DNA of 38,177 nucleotides from Minisyncoccota bacterium (GTDB lineage: Bacteria > Patescibacteriota > Minisyncoccia > Phycocordibacterales > UBA918), in NCBI GenBank assembly GCA_021129655.1, contig JAJOLC010000043.1, positions 1 through 38,177 of the forward strand. Direction: 5' to 3'. Position 1 is the stretch's first letter. Each line of letters starts with the position of its first letter. The position numbers were made by a program, and so were the translations under genes. Shown here one piece after another: positions 17,081 through 25,365 of the stretch. The notes beneath the pieces were generated by a model. It was not told the DNA's origin. It saw nothing but the letters and a program-made list of their open reading frames with translations, and did no database searches.

Positions 17081-17209
17081 TTTCTAAGCAACAGGGTGCT
17101 TAAGCTGCGAGGAAGGAGGGTGAATTTTTGACGAGACGTACTGATTGTACGGTGAGTCTAAAATTTATTCTTTCTGACAAAGCAGATTGAGTATTCAGTT
17201 GCTTAGAAA
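17081..17209 (+). repeat. Long imperfect hairpin element, copy 2 of 2
   Basis: tttctaagcaac/gttgcttagaaa outer stem, many G-T pairs, core GAGACGTAC-tgatt-GTACGGTGAG, CGAGG/GACAAAG motifs as in 22-148. Confidence 0.75.
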
Positions 17210-17658
17210 GGAATGTCTTCGGGATTGATGTCTTCTTCAGGATAAGCTGGTACTGACGGTGCCTTTTCTTTAGTATCGCCTGCTGGCGCAGCGGCTGCTG
17301 GAGCTGAACCAGAAGGTGCTGCTCCTGCACTACCATTCTTTGGACCAAACTGAACTCGATCAGCTACAATCTCTGTACGGTATTGCTTTTGACCTTCTTT
17401 TTCCCAACTTCGAGTCTGGATTCGACCTTCAACATATACTCCGTTACCTTTTGACAGGTACTTTGCGCTGTTTTCAGCTTGATTTCCAAATACTACAATG
17501 TTGTGATAATCGACATTCTCCTGCCTGTTACCATCCCGGTCTTTGTAGACACGATTAGTTGCAATAGACATTGAGCACACGTTCATTCCACTTGGTAGAG
17601 CTTTCAATTCAGGGTCTCGAGTGAGATTTCCGTAAATCATTGCCTTATTAAGATACAT
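17203..17658 (-). CDS. ssb: Single-stranded DNA-binding protein
   Basis: NKAMIYGNLTRDPEL, VEGRIQTRSW, C-terminal DIPF. Confidence 0.97.
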   Translation of the reverse strand: MYLNKAMIYGNLTRDPELKALPSGMNVCSMSIATNRVYKDRDGNRQENVDYHNIVVFGNQAENSAKYLSKGNGVYVEGRIQTRSWEKEGQKQYRTEIVADRVQFGPKNGSAGAAPSGSAPAAAAPAGDTKEKAPSVPAYPEEDINPEDIPF

Positions 17659-17688
17659 AATTTAGATCGTTAGACGTATAGGTTTATA

Positions 17689-18246
17689 TTATACCTTTTC
17701 TGCGTCCGCTTCTCCATCTTCCTTCTTTACCTCTTCTTTTGTTTCTTCAGCAACCTCTTCTTTTGCCTCCTCTTTAACTTCTGGTTTCTTTTTTACAACT
17801 GCCTTTTTATCATCAACCTCGATATTCTCAATTCTTTTTTCTTCAAGAGCTTCGTGGAAGTAAAAAGGATTAGCATCTTCTAGCTTTGTAAGCTTGGTTA
17901 GGAGGTGTCGCAAAAGTTCGTCTACTCCTTCAATTTCTTCCGTAAGAGCCTCTACCTCTGCTGGCTTGGCGGTAAATCGTACCCAGCCAAAATATGCACT
18001 AGTAAACTTTCGATTCCGTCCTTCAAGATGCTTGATTATCTCGTAAGCTAGATCAAAATGAGCCGGAGCTTCTTCAATTGTTACTTCTCCCTTCTTAGCA
18101 ATTATGTCCTTCAGTTTCTGAAAGACCGTCTCTACTTCCCCTTCAGCAATCGTTGGAAGTACGTGGAAAGCAAGTTCGTAGGTAGCGATTTCTTTTTCGT
18201 TTACCTCAACGTCTGCTTCGACTGCTGGCATTTTTGTTTCTGACAT
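17689..18246 (-). CDS. rpsF: 30S ribosomal protein S6 with acidic/charged extensions
   Basis: YELAFHVLP, LAYEI, AYFGWVRF, LLRHL; sits in the rpsF-ssb-rpsR order. Confidence 0.88.
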   Translation of the reverse strand: MSETKMPAVEADVEVNEKEIATYELAFHVLPTIAEGEVETVFQKLKDIIAKKGEVTIEEAPAHFDLAYEIIKHLEGRNRKFTSAYFGWVRFTAKPAEVEALTEEIEGVDELLRHLLTKLTKLEDANPFYFHEALEEKRIENIEVDDKKAVVKKKPEVKEEAKEEVAEETKEEVKKEDGEADAEKV

Positions 18247-18263
18247 TTTAATTGAATGAAATA

Positions 18264-18355
18264 AGGAGTGTAACGACTATATTGAATTCATGTCTGAATT
18301 TTGACCTTTCCTAGGCAAAATTGCTAGACAGCTCAATAAAAGCAGTCACAACCCT
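18264..18355 (-). promoter_or_regulatory. Structured 5' leader of the rpsF operon
   Basis: Long interrupted hairpin (aattttg-cct/agg-caaaatt, tgtct/agaca, attga/tcaat) between a putative extended -10 (TGGTACCGT) and the rpsF ATG. Confidence 0.5.
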
Positions 18356-18431
18356 AAATTACTTATAACGGTCGAACGGTACCATAAAAACGCCTTATCT
18401 TCAAGATATACTCCTATGTTAGAATACTGCC

Positions 18432-19358
18432 ATGAAACTCTCACACGATACTATTTTATATATCTGCGGAAGCGTAGCTGTTATTGGTATTCTTTCTACC
18501 AGCTACCTCCTACTAAAGACTCAAGACCAGAAAGATACCATTGAGGGGCTGCTCCAGGAGCGCAATGTCTTTCTTCAAGAGAATAGCCGTAAAGAATCTG
18601 CTTTGGCTAACGCCAGCACCACCATTTCGGAAATACAAAGAGAACTAGCTGATGTACAAGAAGATTTGGAAGATTTGGATGATGATTATCGTGATGAGAG
18701 AAGCAAAAATGGAGAATTTGAAGACCAATTACGTGACTTGGCCGGCACTTTAGGTGACCTCGATAAACTAGCCAAGATTGATGAGGAGCTGCTTCAAAAA
18801 TATTCTAAGGTTTATTTTCTCAACGAAAACTACACTCCAGAGAAGATTAAGCAGATAGACGAAAAATACATCTTAAACGGTAAAGATGTGGCTTTCTTCC
18901 ACGGTCGAGCTATAAAGCACTTGGAAGATATGCTAAAAGCCGCTGCTAGAGATGATATAGACTTAAAGGTAGTTTCTGCTTATCGTTCTTTTGATGAACA
19001 AACGTCCCTTAAAGGGCAATTTACTCAAGTTTACGGTTCTGGCGCCAACACCTTCTCGGCTGACCAAGGTTACTCTGAGCACCAGCTAGGAACCACTTTG
19101 GACATCACAACTCCGGAAGTTGGTGGCACCTATAACAGCTTTGCTAATTCTGAAGCTTATGGATGGCTACTTGATAACGCTTATAAATACGGCTTCATTA
19201 TTTCCTACCCGGAGGGAAATACTTTTTATGTATTCGAGCCATGGCACTGGCGTTTTGTTGGCACTGACCTAGCTAGAGATTTAAACCGCAGCGATGAGTC
19301 TTTCTACGATATGGAGCAGCGAGAAATAGATGAGTACTTGTTAGAGATATTTGATTAG
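18432..19358 (+). CDS. M15B (VanY-like) D,D-/L,D-carboxypeptidase with TM anchor and coiled coil
   Basis: SAYRSFDEQ, SEHQLGTTLD, EPWHWRFVG. Confidence 0.9.
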   Translation: MKLSHDTILYICGSVAVIGILSTSYLLLKTQDQKDTIEGLLQERNVFLQENSRKESALANASTTISEIQRELADVQEDLEDLDDDYRDERSKNGEFEDQLRDLAGTLGDLDKLAKIDEELLQKYSKVYFLNENYTPEKIKQIDEKYILNGKDVAFFHGRAIKHLEDMLKAAARDDIDLKVVSAYRSFDEQTSLKGQFTQVYGSGANTFSADQGYSEHQLGTTLDITTPEVGGTYNSFANSEAYGWLLDNAYKYGFIISYPEGNTFYVFEPWHWRFVGTDLARDLNRSDESFYDMEQREIDEYLLEIFD

Positions 19359-20372
19359 TTAAAACCAATTAGGAATATTCTTAAGCTGTTTTATATATTT
19401 CTGTGTGACCTCAGCCTTGTCAGGCAATGAACCAAAGTGAGCTACCGATATCAGATAACTAAAAGCTCTAGTAAAGGCTAGCTCCTGTTCTGATAGTGAG
19501 TCGATTTTGTGATACTTAAGATACCCTGTTTTTACTATGTCCGCCGCTGCGTTTGAATGGAGAGCTTCTATATTAACCATTATATTACTCAAATTCGTGT
19601 GTGGTAATCCGTACCACCAACAACTCATCGGTGGCAACAAATCAATAAAGCTAGGCTTCCCATCCTTAATAAATATGTCCTCGTCATGATTATCTAAATT
19701 TACGGTCAGTTGATCTCCTTTAATTTTTTCATATCTCTCCCTGTTCTCTTCCAAGTACTCATCAAGAACGTCCAAACACTTAGATTCTTCTACAGGACTG
19801 CTGTACTCGTCAGGCAGCCATTCAACAAACTGACGTAAAAAGCCATTCTTTCTTTGGCAATGTTATACCAATTAATATCGCTTGGGACTTCGGCCAAGTA
19901 CTCATCAACTGTTTTCGCTGTTTCGTAACCAAGTTGATACAAATCCTTCTCATTAACCTCTCCGGTCAGAAGTTGTTCATGAAAATTCTGCGAGAAATCG
20001 AGCCTGTCCATTTCAAATAATACATGGATCGAATTGCCGTCATAATCATCAACCTCAACCTTGCCATCATTAAAATAAACGGAGTGTACTTTTTTGTAGA
20101 TTCCTCTACTGAAATGCTGATTCAGCTTGAAATCATGCTCGACAAACTTTTTTCGCCTAATTGTGGGGGCTAGCACGCCTTTAATAAAATGATCTTTATC
20201 AGCATGAGTTTTATACAACTTATAAACTGTGTCTCTATAAAAAAAACACATGAGCTAGGCCTGACTCAACATAGTGGTCAGGTATTCCAGACAGCACACC
20301 TTTAACTTCCCCAGCCTGAATAGCATCGTGTATTAGTTGATCTAATTTATCTGTCCAATCTAGTGTTTGCAT
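19359..20372 (-). pseudogene. Aminoglycoside-phosphotransferase/kinase-like gene broken by two compensating homopolymer frameshifts
   Basis: Begins MQTLDWTDK...ESGLAHVFF at 20372; extra base in A8 (20239-20246), missing base in A5 (19837-19841). The repaired product of ~337 aa has VYKLYK, NLDNHDEDIF and FID kinase-like motifs. Confidence 0.7.
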
Positions 20373-20503
20373 ATTGATTCAAAATATTCTTGATAGTGTA
20401 ACAAAAGACAGCGAAGAATAGCGCCCTCGAGGCGTGACAACCTAAAATTTATGTCGTATAGTCCCTATAGATTTAGAATATTTACAACCCAAAGGAGATA
20501 CAA

Positions 20504-21349
20504 ATGTTCCCAGAAGAACTTACGATCGAAGCTCTAATTGAAGCTGTTATTTTATTCAGTATTCCGATTTCTAAAAACTTTGGCAATGTCATTGCGTATG
20601 ATACGAAGTCGGACAATACACCAGTCAGTGTCATAGACACTGAGATAAATGCGTCTTTTCAGGAGTGGTCCACTCGATTTAAAAACCTTGGTTTTATAGG
20701 AGAAGAAGGTAATGGTGATACTGGCAGTAAATATTTATTGTTGGTAGACCCTCTCGATGGAACTGAGGTGTTTTTACGAGGCATCGCAACCTGCACAACT
20801 ATCGCAACTATACTGGTGGTTAATGACAATGGTATTGGCACGCCGCTTTTATCTGTAATATACAGCCCTCTGACCAAAGAAGTTTGGTACGCAGAAAATA
20901 ATAAGGGGGCTTACAAGATAAGTAATGGTAATGCGGTACGTTTAAGCACAGCAAACCCGTCGGATAAAATTCGTACTGCCATCTGTGCCTGGCCAACAGC
21001 TAGTCACAACCTAGAAAACATTAGCAAGCGAGTTGGTAGTAACCCACTGTTTAGCGACCAGCAAATAGGTGCGCTAGGTATCGGAGGCGCTTTAATTGCT
21101 CAAGGTACATTAGATGCCACCGTTTGTGGGTCAACTAGTGCCACTGAGATGGCAGCGATGACATTACTTGTTAGAGAAGCTGGCGGTGTCAATATCGATC
21201 TAGATAACAAGCCTATTACAAGCTTTCAATTAGGAGTATGGAAAGACAAACAAGAGTTCTTGCTTCCTAATGGTGCAATTGTGGCTGCTAATCAAAAAGT
21301 GGCTGATTCTATGCTTTCGTTCATTAGAGAAAACCGACAGTCTGATTAG
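20504..21349 (+). CDS. Inositol monophosphatase family protein
   Basis: K.DNTPVSVID, GEE, VDPLDGT.VF, AAMTLLVREAGG. Confidence 0.88.
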   Translation: MFPEELTIEALIEAVILFSIPISKNFGNVIAYDTKSDNTPVSVIDTEINASFQEWSTRFKNLGFIGEEGNGDTGSKYLLLVDPLDGTEVFLRGIATCTTIATILVVNDNGIGTPLLSVIYSPLTKEVWYAENNKGAYKISNGNAVRLSTANPSDKIRTAICAWPTASHNLENISKRVGSNPLFSDQQIGALGIGGALIAQGTLDATVCGSTSATEMAAMTLLVREAGGVNIDLDNKPITSFQLGVWKDKQEFLLPNGAIVAANQKVADSMLSFIRENRQSD

Positions 21350-21361
21350 GACTGTTTCAAC

Positions 21362-21389
21362 AAAGCCCAGTACTTACGTACTGGGCTTT
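21362..21389. terminator. Bidirectional intrinsic terminator
   Basis: aaagcccagtac-ttac-gtactgggcttt between convergent genes. Confidence 0.8.
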
Positions 21390-21394
21390 TTTAA

Positions 21395-21664
21395 TTAGAG
21401 CCATCCTAAATTAGAATCTTCTACATACTGTATCGCTTGACCCTCTGACACATGGCCGTGAGAAAGACACCAATCTACAGAGCTGTTGTTGTCACAGTCT
21501 GAACATTCTCCTGCACAAGGATCATCTTGCCATATTACATATTCCCCATCTGAACGAACAACTAAGTGCGGACCTTTGTGTCCATCACTTCTAATACACA
21601 GAAGAAAATCGTCGGCACCGACAACCTCTTTCTGTACCTGAGCGAGCAAACATCTTTCGGACAT
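21395..21664 (-). CDS. Cys/His-rich hypothetical protein
   Basis: 89 aa; strong SD TAAGGAGGTG upstream and a terminator downstream. Confidence 0.65.
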   Translation of the reverse strand: MSERCLLAQVQKEVVGADDFLLCIRSDGHKGPHLVVRSDGEYVIWQDDPCAGECSDCDNNSSVDWCLSHGHVSEGQAIQYVEDSNLGWL

Positions 21665-21703
21665 AATACACCTCCTTATCTATTCAGGAAGATACCAGTT
21701 TTA

Positions 21704-22525
21704 TCAAATTTTGTATAGGTTAGCTGCGTTTTTAAGTAGCTGTTCTCGCACTTCCTCCTCGTCAATATTCTTCATACTAGCGATTGTTTTGTACACTTGT
21801 TTGACCATCCAAGGCTCAGCTCTCTTGCCACGATATGGTGCTGGAGCTACAAAGGGGCAGTCAGTCTCGCCATGAATCATATCGAGTGGAGCATACTCAA
21901 CCAACTCTTGATAGGCAGCTTGAGCAAAAGTAATTACTCCCGTAAAGGAAATTGTGTACCCGATATCAAAGAAAGATTTTGCTTGTTCCTGCGTGCCCGC
22001 ATAGAAGTGAGCATTACCAAGAACCTTAGCTTCTGTCTTTAGAATTTCTGAAGCGTCATCGTAAGCATTTCTTCCCTGCCCATCTTTAGAATTACGCAGA
22101 TGCAGCATGAGCGGCTTGCCTACCTCATTAGCCAAAGCTACTTGCGCCACAAATACTTCACGCTGCTGTTCGTAAGTATCGTCGTTATTATGAAAATAAT
22201 CAAATCCACACTCCCCAATTCCTACTGCGCGACTATCCTCGGCCAGTTCTTTATAAAAATCGTAATCAAAACCAGCTTCTAATTCTTGCCCTTCTCTAGC
22301 CTTGTTATCACTCACTTCTACATTTATAGGGTGCAGGCCAACAATCGCCCAAGCATGCTCATATTTATGAGCTAGCTCAACCGCTAGTTTACTGTCTTTT
22401 CTGCCAGTACCTACAGTTATCATTCCCACATCTTCATCTGCACACTTTTTAAACACCTCATCTCTGTCGTCTGCGAACTTATACAGGTTGAGGTGTGAAT
22501 GAGTGTCTATGTAGCGAATATCCAT
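21704..22525 (-). CDS. tatD: TatD family DNase/hydrolase
   Basis: IDTHSHL, VGLHP, GIGECGFDY, LHLR, ETDCPF. Confidence 0.92.
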   Translation of the reverse strand: MDIRYIDTHSHLNLYKFADDRDEVFKKCADEDVGMITVGTGRKDSKLAVELAHKYEHAWAIVGLHPINVEVSDNKAREGQELEAGFDYDFYKELAEDSRAVGIGECGFDYFHNNDDTYEQQREVFVAQVALANEVGKPLMLHLRNSKDGQGRNAYDDASEILKTEAKVLGNAHFYAGTQEQAKSFFDIGYTISFTGVITFAQAAYQELVEYAPLDMIHGETDCPFVAPAPYRGKRAEPWMVKQVYKTIASMKNIDEEEVREQLLKNAANLYKI

Positions 22526-22528
22526 GAG

Positions 22529-23959
22529 CTATTTTTCTAATCGAGCAAATAAATTTTCGGGTTTTTTGTTCTCCTTAATCGCTTGCAGTATTGTTTCTGC
22601 CGTTTGAGGCATGAACACCACTAATGATTCGGCTATTTCTTGCAAATCCTTAACCAACTTTACAATCATTTCCTTGGCTTGTTCTGGCTCGGTCTTTATA
22701 ACCTTGAAGGGTTCATTCTCAGCAATATATTCATCCATAGCTCCAATCGCGGCCCAAATACCATCCATTACTGCCTGAAACTGATAATGCTTCAAAGCTT
22801 CTGCATCCATCGTAGTTTTGTCGGTCACAGTAACTGGTGACTCGAGGTGTGTTTCTGCCATCTTCATAATCCGAGCGGTCAAATTTCCAAGTCCATTTAC
22901 CAAGTTAGCAGTGTATACCTCGTCCATCTTTTCCCAAGTTAAATCAGAATCATCGACTGGGTGTACGTGACGCAGCATGATGTATCGAGTCGCGTCAGTG
23001 CCATATTTTTTCACCAATTCATACGGGTCAATAACATTGCCCAAGCTCTTACTCATTTTATGCCCCTCGCTATTGATAAAGCCGTGAATAAAAATAGTAT
23101 CAGTAGCTTTTAGGTTCACACTCTTTAGCATAGCCTGCCAGATAACGACTTGAAATCGTACCTGGTCTTTGCCGGCTAACTGCAAGGTTTCTCCCTGTTC
23201 CCAGAACTTAGAGAATTTTCCTTCGAAGTCCTTTGGCCAGCCTAAAGTAGAGATGTAGTTGGTAAGTGCATCAAACCACACGTACATTACATGGTTATCG
23301 TCGCCAGGCACTTCCACTCCCCAGTCCATTCGTGATTTCTCACGTGAAATACTCAAATCCTCTAGACCACCTTGGACAAATTTAAGAGCCTCCTGTCTTC
23401 TCCAGTTTGGCAAAACAGAACCTTCCTTAGATAAAAATTCTTCTAAGAAAGTTTGATATTTGGATAGCCTAAAAAAATAGTTTTCCTCCTCAACTCCTTC
23501 CGGTTCTGTTTTGTGGTCCGGGCATTTTCCTTCCACCAAGTCTGTATCTATTTTAAAAGCTTCACACCCCACACAATACAAGCCGGTGTATTTCTTTTTA
23601 TAAATATCTCCCGCAGCATCACATCGTCGCCACATTTCTTGAGCAGCCTCTTTGTGGGCGGTATCTGTAGTACGAATGAAGTTGTCGTAAGAAAGATTAA
23701 GGGCTGACTTTAGCTCTTTAACTTCGGATGCGTATTTATCTACATAATTCTGTCGAGATACACCTTCCTCATCAGCCTTACGCGATACCTTCTGTCCATG
23801 CTCATCCACACCCATATTGAAGAAAACATCTTCGTCCTGCAATCGCCAAAATCGAGCCAAGGTATCAGCCTGCACAAACTCAAGCGCATGACCCATGTGC
23901 GGGCTAGCATTTACGTACGGCAGTGTAGTTGTTATATATTTAGGTATCTTTTCACTCAT
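22529..23959 (-). CDS. metG: Methionine--tRNA ligase (short, monomeric type)
   Basis: YVNASPHMGH, YCVGCE, YVWFDAL, KMSKS. Confidence 0.96.
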   Translation of the reverse strand: MSEKIPKYITTTLPYVNASPHMGHALEFVQADTLARFWRLQDEDVFFNMGVDEHGQKVSRKADEEGVSRQNYVDKYASEVKELKSALNLSYDNFIRTTDTAHKEAAQEMWRRCDAAGDIYKKKYTGLYCVGCEAFKIDTDLVEGKCPDHKTEPEGVEEENYFFRLSKYQTFLEEFLSKEGSVLPNWRRQEALKFVQGGLEDLSISREKSRMDWGVEVPGDDNHVMYVWFDALTNYISTLGWPKDFEGKFSKFWEQGETLQLAGKDQVRFQVVIWQAMLKSVNLKATDTIFIHGFINSEGHKMSKSLGNVIDPYELVKKYGTDATRYIMLRHVHPVDDSDLTWEKMDEVYTANLVNGLGNLTARIMKMAETHLESPVTVTDKTTMDAEALKHYQFQAVMDGIWAAIGAMDEYIAENEPFKVIKTEPEQAKEMIVKLVKDLQEIAESLVVFMPQTAETILQAIKENKKPENLFARLEK

Positions 23960-23965
23960 GTTTGT

Positions 23966-25357
23966 TTATTTAAGGTATTCAATCAAATCTGCAATAGCAA
24001 CTCTTTCCTGTTCTCCGGTGTCTCTATCCCTAACAGTTACAGTGTCCTTTAAGTCTGAATTTTCTTCTCCTAATGTTTCAAAATCTATAGTTACACAATG
24101 TGGTGTACCAATTTCATCTTGACGACGATATCGCTTTCCAACATTTCCATTGTCATCGAATTCAGCTCTCATTTCTTCAGCTACTAAAGAAAATACCTCC
24201 TCTGCTTTTGCAACTAAGTCTGGTTTGTTTTTCAACAATGGGAATACCGCCACCTTAATAGGAGCCAGTTTTTTAGGGAACCTCATAACAATCCTAGTGT
24301 CTCCGCCAAGTTCATCTTCATCATAAAACTCAGTCATAACAGCCAAAAATGTCCGGTCTAGTCCAACCGATGTTTCAACCACGTGAGGAATGTACTTTTC
24401 ATTATTTTTCTGGTCCAAATATTCCATTGATGTATCAGAGAATTTTTGGTGCTGAGTCAAGTCGTAGTCACCGCGAGCATGAACACCCTCTAATTCCTTA
24501 TAACCAAACGGGAAATTGTATTCTATGTCGAAGGCAGCTTTAGCGTAGAAAACTAAATTTTCGTGCTCATGCCAACGCAAATTTTCTGCCTTAAAACCTA
24601 AGTCTAAGTAGTATTGCATTCGTTTTTCTTTCCACTCTTCGAACTTTTCCATACCTGAATCAGGTGACACAAACATCTGCATTTCCATTTGTTCAAATTC
24701 GCGCTTCCTAAAGATATATTGACGAGGAGCAATTTCATTTCTAAACGCCTTACCAATTTGAGCAATACCAAACGGAATTTTCACCCTAGCGCTATCTAGC
24801 ACATTTTTATAGTTAATATAAATACCCTGACAGGTCTCGCCTCTTAAGTAAGAAGGGTCTTCATTCCAGTTATCACTAAAATTACCCAAGTTACTTTTAA
24901 CGAGTAGATTGAGAGCTTTTATTTCACCGAAATCCTTTTGACCGCATTTAGGACAAGTCAACTTGTCTCGATGACTATCAAATAGTTTGTTTATTTCTTC
25001 TTCTGACATTTTCTCATCGGCAAAAATATCCTTGTCTTCCAAAAGATGGTCAGCTCGGGATCGGGTGTGACACTCATTACACTCTACTAAGGGATCAGAA
25101 AAACCTCCAACATGTCCGCTAGCTTCCCAAACCTTAGGATGAGTAACGACTGCAGAGTCTAATCCAACAATATTCTTCTCTTTTTGAACCATTGATTTCC
25201 ACCAAACAGCTTTGATATTGTTTGCCAACTCTACTCCGTAAGGACCGTAATCATACGAACCCACAAAACCTCCATAAATTTCACTGCCTTGAAACACAAA
25301 ACCGCGCCGCTTAGACAAAGCAACAATCTTTTCCATCGTATCTGCAGATTTTTCCAT
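23966..25357 (-). CDS. glyQS: Glycine--tRNA ligase, alpha2 (homodimeric) type
   Basis: YDYGPYG, WEASGH, LRGETCQGI, FRNEI, EFEQME, GKRYRRQDEIGTP. Confidence 0.95.
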   Translation of the reverse strand: MEKSADTMEKIVALSKRRGFVFQGSEIYGGFVGSYDYGPYGVELANNIKAVWWKSMVQKEKNIVGLDSAVVTHPKVWEASGHVGGFSDPLVECNECHTRSRADHLLEDKDIFADEKMSEEEINKLFDSHRDKLTCPKCGQKDFGEIKALNLLVKSNLGNFSDNWNEDPSYLRGETCQGIYINYKNVLDSARVKIPFGIAQIGKAFRNEIAPRQYIFRKREFEQMEMQMFVSPDSGMEKFEEWKEKRMQYYLDLGFKAENLRWHEHENLVFYAKAAFDIEYNFPFGYKELEGVHARGDYDLTQHQKFSDTSMEYLDQKNNEKYIPHVVETSVGLDRTFLAVMTEFYDEDELGGDTRIVMRFPKKLAPIKVAVFPLLKNKPDLVAKAEEVFSLVAEEMRAEFDDNGNVGKRYRRQDEIGTPHCVTIDFETLGEENSDLKDTVTVRDRDTGEQERVAIADLIEYLK

Positions 25358-25365
25358 ATTAATAT

